This document shows positions 19,012 to 28,701 of a stretch of DNA of 64,000 bases, in pieces. The stretch spans positions 941,910 through 1,005,909 of the forward strand of contig JAHPZH010000002.1 in NCBI GenBank assembly GCA_019058315.1, read 5' to 3'. This DNA comes from Candidatus Helarchaeota archaeon. Lineage in GTDB: Archaea; Asgardarchaeota; Lokiarchaeia; Helarchaeales; RDOG01. Made by a program: the position numbers and the translations under genes. How positions within the stretch are numbered: the stretch's first letter is position 1; each line of letters opens with the position of its first letter. The notes under the pieces were generated by a model that searched no databases, was not told the DNA's origin, and saw only the letters and a list, made by a program, of their open reading frames with translations.

Positions 19012-20100
19012 TTAGTAATATGGAATGAACGGGAAACATTCATCAATAACCTTAGGAGTGTCTTTAAAAAGATTAACATCAGCTGTTTTTTGAAACTGGT
19101 CAATTTCGTTGCGATATTTTTTTGTAAAGACGTCTGCAAACAAATTGAGTGCTGATCTAAGTGATGCGCTAGATTTTGTAGCAAGCAAAACGAATACGAC
19201 ATGCAAGCGATCGGATTGTTTTAAAATCACTAAGCTCTCCTCAAGTTGTATTTCTTTTATGTTTCCTTTTTGTATAGTTTCTTTTACAAAATGACCCAAA
19301 GCTGAAATCATACCTGAAAAGAGATTTTCGTCGATTAAGAAATCTTTTTTATTCCATATATGGTCATATAGCGGGATGCTTTTATCTCGTTCGATTATGA
19401 CTAATCTAGATGCTTTAAACGGCAACAAGAATCCTAATTTCGGCTGCTTAGCGTAAACCACACCCATTAATAACGTTCCAATGGCAAAAAATATATCACT
19501 AAATGCAGGAATGGACTGGTTTATCTTCAAAGCGGTAACCAGGGGTGCCATTATCTGCTGGAATAAAATCCCAACATTTGCTAAATAAATCCAATTTTTT
19601 AATTCTTCTGGAGCATTACGCCAAAATTTAATTCCAAGATATATGACTGAAACCATGATGATTAAAACAAGTCCTAAGATAACGGATAAAAGCGTATCTT
19701 GAATGAAAATTGAGGGGTCTCCATTCGGATAAAGAAACTGGTAATAATATCTTAAATCGAAACAAAGAAAAAGCAACACTGCAGAAAGGAAGGAAATTAA
19801 CATCATTTTTCCCGTTTCGACAGATTCCCTGGTCATTACATCATAAAGTAAAGCGACGCTAAATGTTATTGGTATCCAAAGAATTACACTAAGAATTGCA
19901 TAAGTGAATGAGAAAAACAAAATTGCTAATCCTTTCGATACCTCCCATGATGTTAAAGAAAGGTAAGTTAAGGCACAGATGAAAAAATGTTTGTATCTTA
20001 ATCTAAAATATTGATAAAATAGAAAAATGGTGCCAAATGCTCCTGGAGCTGCACTGATAAAATAAATCATAACCTCTATTGTAAAAACCATAATAACCAT
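19012..20100 (-). CDS. 7TM membrane protein with C-terminal longin-like domain
   Basis: Paralog of 14604..15707 (shared D.M.RES, LPFKA.RL, DE.LFSGM, FPFIP). Confidence 0.8.
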   Translation of the reverse strand: MVIMVFTIEVMIYFISAAPGAFGTIFLFYQYFRLRYKHFFICALTYLSLTSWEVSKGLAILFFSFTYAILSVILWIPITFSVALLYDVMTRESVETGKMMLISFLSAVLLFLCFDLRYYYQFLYPNGDPSIFIQDTLLSVILGLVLIIMVSVIYLGIKFWRNAPEELKNWIYLANVGILFQQIMAPLVTALKINQSIPAFSDIFFAIGTLLMGVVYAKQPKLGFLLPFKASRLVIIERDKSIPLYDHIWNKKDFLIDENLFSGMISALGHFVKETIQKGNIKEIQLEESLVILKQSDRLHVVFVLLATKSSASLRSALNLFADVFTKKYRNEIDQFQKTADVNLFKDTPKVIDECFPFIPYY

Positions 20101-20193
20101 CTACTCAATTATAAGATTTCTTTTAATGCAAGATTTTTTAAATTTTCCATAACTTATAAAGCAATTAATTAATGAATATTCTTCAAAAAAGAG

Positions 20194-20817
20194 TTGAAAT
20201 TTGTGATAAAAAATCAAAAAATAATAGGAATTTGCGGAATGATTGCTCCAGTGATATTTAACTTGATATGGATTATCGGGGGTTTCATACAGCCCGGATA
20301 TAGTCATATTCGCGACGATGTAAGCACACTTATGGCATCGGGAGCACCGAACAAACTTTTATTCGATATTATGCATATTGCTGAATTAATTTTAATAATA
20401 ATATTTTTAATTGGCTTACTTCAAGTAATGAGAGATTTAGGAAACTCGTTTGTTGCTCCAATTTTATTTTTAATTTCACAGAGCATGGAACTTACTGTTA
20501 CAATATTTTTCCCTTTAGATTATGGTGGTGAGATTACCACATTAATTGGAACCATGCATTTTATACTTGTAGTGATACTTGGTTTCATTGCAATGGGTGG
20601 CATGTTTACAATGTGGTTTGAATTAAAGAAGGTAGACGAATGGAAGGGATATGATGTTTATTCGCTGATAACATTCATTTGTACTTTAACTCTTGGGCTT
20701 TTCTTATCAATGACTGCAGGAAGCGAAATAATGGGATTAATTGAAAGGTTCGTAATTGTTGCTAACGGACAATATTTCTTTGTAATAGCGTTAAAGGTTT
20801 ATCTTACAAGTGAATGA
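20194..20817 (+). CDS. DUF998-family membrane protein
   Basis: PGYSHIRDDVSTLMASGAP, FFPLD, TMH, GLIERF. Confidence 0.8.
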   Translation: MKFVIKNQKIIGICGMIAPVIFNLIWIIGGFIQPGYSHIRDDVSTLMASGAPNKLLFDIMHIAELILIIIFLIGLLQVMRDLGNSFVAPILFLISQSMELTVTIFFPLDYGGEITTLIGTMHFILVVILGFIAMGGMFTMWFELKKVDEWKGYDVYSLITFICTLTLGLFLSMTAGSEIMGLIERFVIVANGQYFFVIALKVYLTSE

Positions 20818-20912
20818 AATTAAATTTTATAAATCCCAATATATAATTAAGTTCAACTTTATTAACTAATTTAAATAATATACTTATTTAAACCAAAAAA
20901 GAGGGTATTTGG

Positions 20913-21629
20913 ATGTTATTTCGCAAGCTTGATGAAGATCGTGATCAAAAAATTGACGACTCAAAGCAATATCTTAAAAAGATACGAAATGATCTTGAAA
21001 TTTTAAAAAAGACAGACACTGGCATAGATTTTGATAATGTTGGAAAAAAACTTGATGCAATAAGTAAAATTATTGAGAAATTGCCTGAAAAAATTCCCAA
21101 GATAGAAATCACATCCAAATATATTAAAGAAATTTTCCAACTTCTAGAAATGTCCAACCAAAGCAATATTGCTTTATTAGTTGATATTGAAACTAAATTG
21201 GTAATTATGGGGTCTAGAATCCACTTGGTGGGTGTTCTTCAAAAAATAATTAAAAATCCTGATCGAAGGAGTATAGCACCTAGGGGAAAAATTTGGAAAA
21301 ATATTAAAGCATGTTTTCCTAGGTTCAAAGGTTTTAATGTGACCGTCTGGGGTGGTGGTGGATACATGACAAAAGCTGAAAGTTTTTCCGTTAAGTTAGA
21401 CGATTTTAAATATAAAAATGAAAAAACAGATTCTAAACTAACATCAAATCAAGCCCGTGAATCAGCTTTTAAAGAATTAATAAGTCTTGTAAGATCATTC
21501 CTCTCGTGGGAAATAGAGAAATATAGGGTGGACGAATATCTCAGGACTTGGACTTTTGATAAGGATTTAATAGTTAAGTTTCAATTCGATTGGCGTTCCT
21601 ATGAGGAACGATATGATCCAACAAGATAA
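20913..21629 (+). CDS. Hypothetical protein
   Basis: 238-aa ORF with an N-terminal coiled region. Confidence 0.65.
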   Translation: MLFRKLDEDRDQKIDDSKQYLKKIRNDLEILKKTDTGIDFDNVGKKLDAISKIIEKLPEKIPKIEITSKYIKEIFQLLEMSNQSNIALLVDIETKLVIMGSRIHLVGVLQKIIKNPDRRSIAPRGKIWKNIKACFPRFKGFNVTVWGGGGYMTKAESFSVKLDDFKYKNEKTDSKLTSNQARESAFKELISLVRSFLSWEIEKYRVDEYLRTWTFDKDLIVKFQFDWRSYEERYDPTR

Positions 21630-21693
21630 CTTTCATAGAAAATTTTGATAAAATCGTAATAATGGTAAGAAGAAAATGTTTTAAATTTATTGT

Positions 21694-21720
21694 CTACCCA
21701 ATCTCAAACTTACTGCGATT
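21694..21720 (+). repeat. 28-bp putative recombination site, copy 5 (degenerate)
   Basis: CTACCCAATCTCAAACTTA-CTGCGATT (3 mismatches, 1 gap). Confidence 0.8.
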
Positions 21721-21821
21721 ATAATAATTCTGTAGCATACTCATATTTTACTATTTTTGGTAGACAAAAATAAACGCTTTGATTATATGAATAAATTAAT
21801 AATAAATATTCTACTAAAATA

Positions 21822-22076
21822 ATGAATAACACATTTAGGTTTCAAAAGGAGTTGAATAAATTTAGTAAAATATCTGAAGATAAAGCTGTTAAATTAGCTA
21901 AAAAAGCGCTTTCGGAGAAAGGGTGGGATATTGAGAAATACATAATGAAAAAAGAAGAGTCTGATGAGAAATGGATAATCACTTTCGAAGGTAAAGAACC
22001 CCGACCTCCTGGAGATGAAATGACTATTTATGTTATTAAAAAAGATGGATCCATTAAGGTATTTATTGGAGAATAA
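21822..22076 (+). CDS. Small hypothetical protein (PepSY-like or immunity-protein-like alpha/beta)
   Basis: ISEDKAVKLAKKAL..KWIITF..PPGD..IYVIKKDGSI; family assignment is inference. Confidence 0.55.
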   Translation: MNNTFRFQKELNKFSKISEDKAVKLAKKALSEKGWDIEKYIMKKEESDEKWIITFEGKEPRPPGDEMTIYVIKKDGSIKVFIGE

Positions 22077-22198
22077 GAGAATTTTAAATTCTTAATTCCA
22101 ATTTCCTATAATAATTTTGCAGCAAATATCCATTTTTTGACTTCTTCGTGAGAGATATGATATAATAAGATAACCTGTAAAAATTTTAGTGGTAAATA

Positions 22199-23467
22199 AT
22201 GGATAAAATAACTTCTAAAGAAGATAAGAAATCTTTTCTATTATTAAAAAAGAAATGCGGGCTTATAGAAAGAGATTTTGCAGTTAATAAAAAAGGACAG
22301 CTCTATTATCTTAACCTTTCTGGTAAATATTTGAAAAAAATAGAAGGGTTCGAAAATTTCTCCCACTTACAAAAATTATATCTTTCTAATAATGAAATCA
22401 CGAAGATAGAGGGATTGGATAAGCTCTCCCAATTAAAAGAATTATATCTTGATAAAAATCAGATCAAAAAGATTGAAGGATTAGATAACCTCTCCCAATT
22501 GCGATTTTTATTCATTCCAAGTAATCCGATCACGAAGATAGAGGGATTGGATAAAATTTCTCAATTAACAGAATTAAATCTTGGGGAACTTAAGATCACT
22601 AAGATAGAAGGGTTGGAAAAGCTCTCCCTATTAATCTCATTATCAATTTCAAGAAATGAGATCAAAAAGATTGAGGGGTTGGAAAAGCTCTCCCAATTAA
22701 GAGAATTATGGCTTTCTGAAAATAAAATCAAAAAGATTGAGGGGTTAGAAAAGCTCTCCCAATTAATCTCATTATCAATTTCAAAAAATGAGATCAAAAA
22801 GATTGAGGGGTTGAACAACCTCTCCCAATTACAAACTTTATATCTTCCTAATAATCAGATTACAAAGATTGAGGGATTAGAAAACCTCTCCCAATTACAA
22901 GCATTAAACCTGAGTGAAAATCAGATCTCAAAAATCGAGGGGTTGGAAAACCTCTCCCAATTAAGAGAATTATACTTAGATGGAAATCTGATTGCGAAGA
23001 TTGAGGGGCTAGAAAACCTCGGTCATATAACAAGATTGGAGCTTCATAAAAATAGAATTTCTAAACTAGAAGGTTTGGAAAACCTCTCTGCATTAGAATG
23101 GTTAAATCTTTCTGATAATCAGATTATGAAAATTGAGGGTTTGAAGACTCTCTCCCAATTGAAAAAATTGAACCTAATAAACAACAAGATCTCAAAGATA
23201 GAGGGATTGGAATACCTCTCCAAATTAGCAGAGTTATATCTTTTTGGTAATCCCATAACTAAAATCGAAGGATTGAATATTCAGGATGTAAAAGCAGTAG
23301 TTATATACTGTCACCAAAAAAAAATACAGGACAAAAAAGATATGATTGCGGAATTAGAATATATTAAAGCACAAATAAATAAACCAGGAATTAAATTGTT
23401 AGAATTAAAATATTTAAAAAGACGCGTTCAGGAATTAACTGATAAATTAAGCGTTATTGATATATAA
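22199..23467 (+). CDS. SDS22-like leucine-rich repeat protein with helical tail
   Basis: About fifteen 22-aa repeats L.L..N.I.KIEGL..LSQL. Confidence 0.92.
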   Translation: MDKITSKEDKKSFLLLKKKCGLIERDFAVNKKGQLYYLNLSGKYLKKIEGFENFSHLQKLYLSNNEITKIEGLDKLSQLKELYLDKNQIKKIEGLDNLSQLRFLFIPSNPITKIEGLDKISQLTELNLGELKITKIEGLEKLSLLISLSISRNEIKKIEGLEKLSQLRELWLSENKIKKIEGLEKLSQLISLSISKNEIKKIEGLNNLSQLQTLYLPNNQITKIEGLENLSQLQALNLSENQISKIEGLENLSQLRELYLDGNLIAKIEGLENLGHITRLELHKNRISKLEGLENLSALEWLNLSDNQIMKIEGLKTLSQLKKLNLINNKISKIEGLEYLSKLAELYLFGNPITKIEGLNIQDVKAVVIYCHQKKIQDKKDMIAELEYIKAQINKPGIKLLELKYLKRRVQELTDKLSVIDI

Positions 23468-23485
23468 ATGATCTAAAACTATTCT

Positions 23486-23513
23486 GTTGCCAATTTCAGA
23501 TTTAATTGCATTT
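23486..23513 (+). repeat. 28-bp putative recombination site, copy 6 (degenerate)
   Basis: GTTGCCAATTTCAGATTTAATTGCATTT (7 mismatches); between convergent genes. Confidence 0.7.
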
Positions 23514-23575
23514 ATAGAACATTATTTTTTAATACTAAAAACTAAAAAGCTTAAAAAAAGGAAAAAAATTGAAGA

Positions 23576-25090
23576 TTATTGTTGCTTTTTGAGATAAACC
23601 AAGATTAAAACCACAGCTGCACCAATTCCAACAAAAATAACTGTAAGTGGAATTATTAATTGATCTCCCGCTCCTTGTAGCATCAAGAGGAGCAAAGGTA
23701 ATAAATTCTGTTCACCAGCTGAAGAGGGTCTTTCTAATAAGCGCATATTAGCATAGAAACTGGCGTATAACGTATTTTGGGCTTTGTCATTTGTCTGATT
23801 GCCGTAGTACCATTCGGGATCTAATGTACCATATCCTCCAAACACTATGCCAATAGGATTTATTCCTAATGGTAGACTGGTCACGCTTCCAAGATTTTGC
23901 CCGGTGTAGTTAACTGTTCGATTAATGGAGATCATCCACTCTATAATCGTATGGTTGCGACCAGATTCTTGCCCAGTCACATTGAAGCCAAAAGCCACAG
24001 TATAATTAAGATTGTTTAGAGAAGGTCCAAAATAACAAGTTATGTCTCGGTAACCACCTCGCTCAGTATGAAATCTTAAATCCTTAGTTCCATTATTATT
24101 AAGGTCAAGGAAAAGAAAGCCCGCATCATTAGCATCAGTGTTATTATCAGGTTCTACGTCATAGCAAATATATAGGTGGGTATTATCATGCTTGAGAAAC
24201 ACACTTATATTGTCGTCTGGATGGTTTGAAATTGGTTTAAAGAAGAAATGATATCGGGTCGCGTCGTCCCACTCGCCTGGAGTCATAATGCCGTCAATTT
24301 TAGGTGTTATAGTTTTGTATGGGCATAATAAATTAAGAAGTGGTCTATCTAATAAGAGCAAATCGGCATAGAAACTGGCATCGTTTGTACCCACAGGATT
24401 ATCATCTGTCTGATTGCCGTAGAGCCATTCAGGTGATAGTGTGCCGTATCCTCCAAAAACTACACCAATGGGATTTGTTCCAAATGGAAGACTAGATGCG
24501 CTTGTTAGATTCTGCCCTATGTAATTAGCTGTTCGATTAATGGAGATCATCCATTCTATAATTGTATGGGTGCGAGCAGGTTCTTGTGCGGTCAAATTGA
24601 AGCCAAAGGCAGCAGTAAAATTAAGGTTTGGTAGATTTCCAATGAAGGTCTGACTTACAAATCGAGATCCATCTCTTACCACTTGGAAACTAACATCTTT
24701 GTTTCCAGTATTATTGAGGTCAAGGAATAGATGGCCCGCATCATCGGTGCTATTATCATCATCTGGTTCAACATCATAGCACATAAATAGATGGGTATCA
24801 TTGTGCTTGAGAAAAATACTAATATTATCATCTGGGTGCCCTGAAGTTGGTCTAAAGAAGAAATAATATCGAGCAGCATCATTCCACTCTCCTGGAGACA
24901 TAAGACCATCGATCGTGGGTGTAAGAGCTGTTTTGGGACATAATAAAGTGGTATCTATAGAAAGTATATGGGTTGTTTCAAAATCATTCGACTGCGTTAC
25001 TTTGATTAATGGAGAAAATGAATTTGCTAGAAATAATGAACCTATGAACATCTGAAGGATTATTAAAACAAAAATTTTGCTTTTTTTCAA
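23576..25090 (-). CDS. Surface protein with two tandem CBM9/DOMON-like domains and a C-terminal anchor
   Basis: Signal peptide; duplicated ~200-aa unit starting TP.IDG.M.PGEW.DA; TM plus KKQQ. Confidence 0.75.
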   Translation of the reverse strand: MKKSKIFVLIILQMFIGSLFLANSFSPLIKVTQSNDFETTHILSIDTTLLCPKTALTPTIDGLMSPGEWNDAARYYFFFRPTSGHPDDNISIFLKHNDTHLFMCYDVEPDDDNSTDDAGHLFLDLNNTGNKDVSFQVVRDGSRFVSQTFIGNLPNLNFTAAFGFNLTAQEPARTHTIIEWMISINRTANYIGQNLTSASSLPFGTNPIGVVFGGYGTLSPEWLYGNQTDDNPVGTNDASFYADLLLLDRPLLNLLCPYKTITPKIDGIMTPGEWDDATRYHFFFKPISNHPDDNISVFLKHDNTHLYICYDVEPDNNTDANDAGFLFLDLNNNGTKDLRFHTERGGYRDITCYFGPSLNNLNYTVAFGFNVTGQESGRNHTIIEWMISINRTVNYTGQNLGSVTSLPLGINPIGIVFGGYGTLDPEWYYGNQTNDKAQNTLYASFYANMRLLERPSSAGEQNLLPLLLLMLQGAGDQLIIPLTVIFVGIGAAVVLILVYLKKQQ

Positions 25091-25226
25091 GAAAATTTAC
25101 TCCAAAATTTTTATAATTATTTATTTTGCTATATCTGATTATTTAATTTTTAAAAATTTTTAGGAATGATTTAACTAAATATTTCAAATGTTTAAAGAAC
25201 AGACATTTGAATGAATTAAAAATTCA

Positions 25227-25949
25227 CTATGAATCTTTTAGACCAATTTTAAACCCACACCAAACACATTCTATCGATGCTCCAGGAGTAGGGACTTTAT
25301 CAATTGGTCCTTTACAATTTGGACATCGCAAAGCTTCAAGTTCTTTTTCCAACCCCTCATATTTAGCTCCTCCCTTTTTTATTTCTGCCTTGATTCTATC
25401 TAAATTCATTAAATGTTTCTTATTAGTTGGTTCAATTTTATAGGCTGCTTCATAACAAAGAATGGCGTTTTTAATTTCTCCAAGGTTCTCATGGACTTTA
25501 CCTTTAGCATTTAAAACATCTAAATATTTTGGTTGTAATTTCAGAGCCCTCTCGAAAAAGTCAATTGCCCCATTAAAATTTCCAAGCTTAGCTTCCTTAT
25601 TTCCTAAATAATAGAGCCGTTTTGGTAGTTGCATCCATTTTTTCATTGCTTTATAAAAGTAAAGGCTTTTCTTTAAGTCATACTTTTTTTTGCCAAAAAA
25701 GATGTAAATTTTCTCTTCGCTTAATATTAATTCTGTATAATTGTAATCTATATCATTTCGTGATGAAACTGATACAATCATATGCATTTTAAGAGTTTTT
25801 GGTGTTCCCTTTTTAGGTTTAATGCATAGATTTTCTTCTGTTAATTCAATTTCGGATTCGATTTTATCAGACTTTTTTAGATTCTTAGAAGGAATGGTTT
25901 GAGAAAAAAACCCCTTCTTTTCATGAAAGGAAATTATTTCTTCTATCAT
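25227..25949 (-). CDS. PH-like + TPR + zinc-ribbon protein
   Basis: Two TPRs; CPNC..CVWC ribbon; N-terminal ELTEENLCIKPK shared with 28702..29346. Confidence 0.7.
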   Translation of the reverse strand: MIEEIISFHEKKGFFSQTIPSKNLKKSDKIESEIELTEENLCIKPKKGTPKTLKMHMIVSVSSRNDIDYNYTELILSEEKIYIFFGKKKYDLKKSLYFYKAMKKWMQLPKRLYYLGNKEAKLGNFNGAIDFFERALKLQPKYLDVLNAKGKVHENLGEIKNAILCYEAAYKIEPTNKKHLMNLDRIKAEIKKGGAKYEGLEKELEALRCPNCKGPIDKVPTPGASIECVWCGFKIGLKDS

Positions 25950-26129
25950 TTTTTTTCTCCAAATAAGTGAATTAAGGATTTTATTTTCATTTCCTTATTT
26001 AAAAATATCCATAATATTTGAAAACAACTATTTTTTTATCTTTTCTAATGATATAAAATGGATGGAGCTAAAGTTGAAAGTCCTCATATGATCAATTTTT
26101 AAATAAAACAATAAAAAAAATTCTAATTA

Positions 26130-27560
26130 TTACTTCCCACTTCTCCGGTCGGGACGTAATTTGGCTCGTGCATATGTATAACGAAATCTGAGTCCCATTC
26201 TATCTTTCAATGGTTTCATGAATTGTCCAACAGTAATCCCACCTTTTTTACACAAATCCGCTAATACTCTCCCGAACTTTTCTGGATTATCTATATGTTC
26301 CTCGGGTAAACCGAAACAGCCAGAACAAACCATATTTGCTTCATTAGGACAGATAGCACCACAACCAGAATTAGTAATAAAACCACAACACACATACCCC
26401 TGATTCAAAAAGCAGATATTCGGATCCATAATTCCTTCAAAATCTCGTTTATATCCTGTTATTGCCATATCTGGGCTTTTTCTATCACATTGATCGCAAA
26501 CAATTGTTTGACCAGCATCAAATCTTTCATCAAGTGAAAGTTTAAGCAATGCAACTCCAATTATATCTCTTGTTAATTCTGGTATGCTTGTAAGAATACT
26601 AATTGCAAGAGGACCTAATATTGGAGGATTTGCAGTTGCCACAGCTGTTAAATCCACTGCTTTTGCTCCCAATACATCTTTAGTTGGAAGCTCTAATTTC
26701 CTTAATCCCGCAATTTCTAGAATATTAGCATTAATATGAATATGTCCGAAATTTGGTAACTTCAAAGCAATAGTAGCAAATTCGATTATTTGAGCAATAT
26801 GTTTATCTGATAATTTTTCAACACTAATTGCCAATTTAGCAAGATCTACGGCTTCGGGATCAGCGGGTTTGGTTGAAATTCCCCACTCGCCCATTACTGG
26901 CTTGTTACCTTTTGGCCATCTCACTCCTGGTGCTGTAGCAGTGAGTGGTCCAAAGCATAATTTACCTTTTTTAAGGATACAATCAGCTCCACGCATCTCA
27001 CAGACTTCACAAACGTTAGTACCTGGATAATTCTCAGCTACCAAATACGTGGCAATGAAATAGACTGCACTCTTATAATTATGTGGTCTTGGAGGACAAC
27101 CAGGCATCCAAGCGTCGATTTTAACTATGTTCTCGTTAGGAACTACTTTGTCGGTGAATTTAGGAACATTTTCAATAGGTATAGCAAAATTATCAATAAT
27201 AGATTCCGCAGTTATAAATTTCCGTTTAGTGCATTCTTCAATAGGATAAATATTAGCAAGTCCTGCAACTGAACCATAACATGCACAAGTTCCATGCATA
27301 ATCAGGACTTTAGCTTTCTTGCGGATTGTCTCAAGTAAATGAATATCGTGTTCAGTACGAATTTGTCCTTCCACCATGCCAATATCAATTGAACCATCAT
27401 GCATATCTTCTAGTTGTTTGTCTTTTGTATCGACAACAGCTGCCCAATAAACTATCTCTAAAGCTGGTAAAATATCTAAAAGCTCTTCATGTAAGTCGAG
27501 TAGGGACTGATGGCAACCCCAACAACTACCGAGTTGAACAAAAGCTATTTTTATACCCAT
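26130..27560 (-). CDS. mvhG: F420-non-reducing [NiFe]-hydrogenase small subunit (MvhG-like), extended
   Basis: QLGSCWGCHQSLLDL, VEGQIR, GTCACYG, PGCPP, VCDQCDR, CFLNQGYVCCG..GCGAICP..CSGCFG. Confidence 0.8.
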   Translation of the reverse strand: MGIKIAFVQLGSCWGCHQSLLDLHEELLDILPALEIVYWAAVVDTKDKQLEDMHDGSIDIGMVEGQIRTEHDIHLLETIRKKAKVLIMHGTCACYGSVAGLANIYPIEECTKRKFITAESIIDNFAIPIENVPKFTDKVVPNENIVKIDAWMPGCPPRPHNYKSAVYFIATYLVAENYPGTNVCEVCEMRGADCILKKGKLCFGPLTATAPGVRWPKGNKPVMGEWGISTKPADPEAVDLAKLAISVEKLSDKHIAQIIEFATIALKLPNFGHIHINANILEIAGLRKLELPTKDVLGAKAVDLTAVATANPPILGPLAISILTSIPELTRDIIGVALLKLSLDERFDAGQTIVCDQCDRKSPDMAITGYKRDFEGIMDPNICFLNQGYVCCGFITNSGCGAICPNEANMVCSGCFGLPEEHIDNPEKFGRVLADLCKKGGITVGQFMKPLKDRMGLRFRYTYARAKLRPDRRSGK

Positions 27561-27635
27561 TATATTTTCACCAACTAATTGATTTTTAGAATTAAATAAA
27601 AATACTTCGTATTGATTTTATATCGAAAATAAACC

Positions 27636-27663
27636 TTACACAATTTCAGATTTAACCATGATT
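27636..27663 (+). repeat. 28-bp putative recombination site, copy 7 (degenerate)
   Basis: TTACACAATTTCAGATTTAACCATGATT (6 mismatches); between divergent genes. Confidence 0.7.
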
Positions 27664-27769
27664 ACAAAAAAGTCAAAATATGGAATTTTCTGAAATATAA
27701 AAATTAATAAACCATTTAAAAAAATATTTATATCTTTAGTTATAAAATTAAACTGAAGAAGGTGAGAAA

Positions 27770-28546
27770 ATGGCTATAGATTGGGGATATATTTTTGAGT
27801 ATGCACTAAATCAAATAATAAAACCCTCTATTTTTAATGATCCGTTTCAACTTATTATGCTTGGTATATGGCTTGTTGACGGGATTTTTTTAGCTGGATT
27901 GATTTGGATATTATATAAAAAATATAAAGATACTGAAAATTTTGAGTCATTATTATTTTTGATAGGTTTGTTATTTATATTAATATCTCTTGTATTCTTT
28001 AATATGGCAAAATTCTGTTATACGTCTTTAGGTTCACGAGGACCAGGGGATCTTTTATTTATAATTTCTCAAATTCCCGTTATCGTCGGAGCCTTATGTT
28101 TTAATATATTTGCAGTTCGTGTTACTTTTCCAAAACATTCAAGAATCGTCTTTTCTTTTGTTTTAATATTAGGAATTATTTTTTTAGTAACTATAACTTG
28201 GGGAGTTATTTATGGTCCTCCGTATACTAACGTTGTTAATTTTGATGTTCTTTTTTCTTTAGACATTATTTTTATACGTCTTTGTTCTCTTTTACCAATT
28301 ATTATGATTCCAGCTGCGGTTTTCTTCTATTTTGGTATAAAAATCCGAGATGAAGCTAAACATAAAAGTACCCGCTCCATCTGGTTGGGACTGGGAATAG
28401 TGTTTTTTGCTATAGCCTTCGTTGTTTCACCAATTACAATTGAATTAAGATTCTTACAAGCTTGTATTTTACCTGCTCCAATTATTTTTTACATCTGTTT
28501 TTCCATGCCAGATTGGTTTAAACGTAAAATTGGATGGCCTGATTAA
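27770..28546 (+). CDS. 7TM membrane protein
   Basis: About 7 hydrophobic segments; ends MPDWFKRKIGW; GGTGA SD upstream. Confidence 0.75.
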   Translation: MAIDWGYIFEYALNQIIKPSIFNDPFQLIMLGIWLVDGIFLAGLIWILYKKYKDTENFESLLFLIGLLFILISLVFFNMAKFCYTSLGSRGPGDLLFIISQIPVIVGALCFNIFAVRVTFPKHSRIVFSFVLILGIIFLVTITWGVIYGPPYTNVVNFDVLFSLDIIFIRLCSLLPIIMIPAAVFFYFGIKIRDEAKHKSTRSIWLGLGIVFFAIAFVVSPITIELRFLQACILPAPIIFYICFSMPDWFKRKIGWPD

Positions 28547-28637
28547 TCTCTTTTTAATCCTTTTTAAGAAAAAATAAGTAAAAAAAATATAAAAATAAAG
28601 TCTTTATAAATTTCTAATTTTTGCAATGAAAAGAAAT

Positions 28638-28697
28638 TTATGAATTAAAAGTCGGTCTTTTATCTTGCCAAGACGAAACTACTTCAAAAGCTTTAGA
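28638..28697 (-). pseudogene. Duplicate of the amidase 3' end
   Basis: Encodes SKAFEVVSSWQDKRPTFNS* versus amidase SKAFEEVAPWQDKRPTFNL*; shared DNA AATTAAAAGTCGGTCTTTTATCTTGCCAAG. Confidence 0.8.
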
Positions 28698-28701
28698 TCT
28701 G

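Noticed and set aside
20831-20858. Possible highly decayed sites after gene ends (also near 16802 and 22095)
   Set aside because: Only CCCAAT/CAATTTC-like seeds in very AT-rich DNA; not distinguishable from background.
23740-24940. Long internal DNA repeat as a DGR template/variable pair
   Set aside because: Both copies are in-frame domains of one protein, differences are not adenine-specific, and no reverse transcriptase is present.
6746-27663. 28-bp repeats as a CRISPR array
   Set aside because: Spacing is 1.2-6 kb with whole genes in between, and there are no cas genes.
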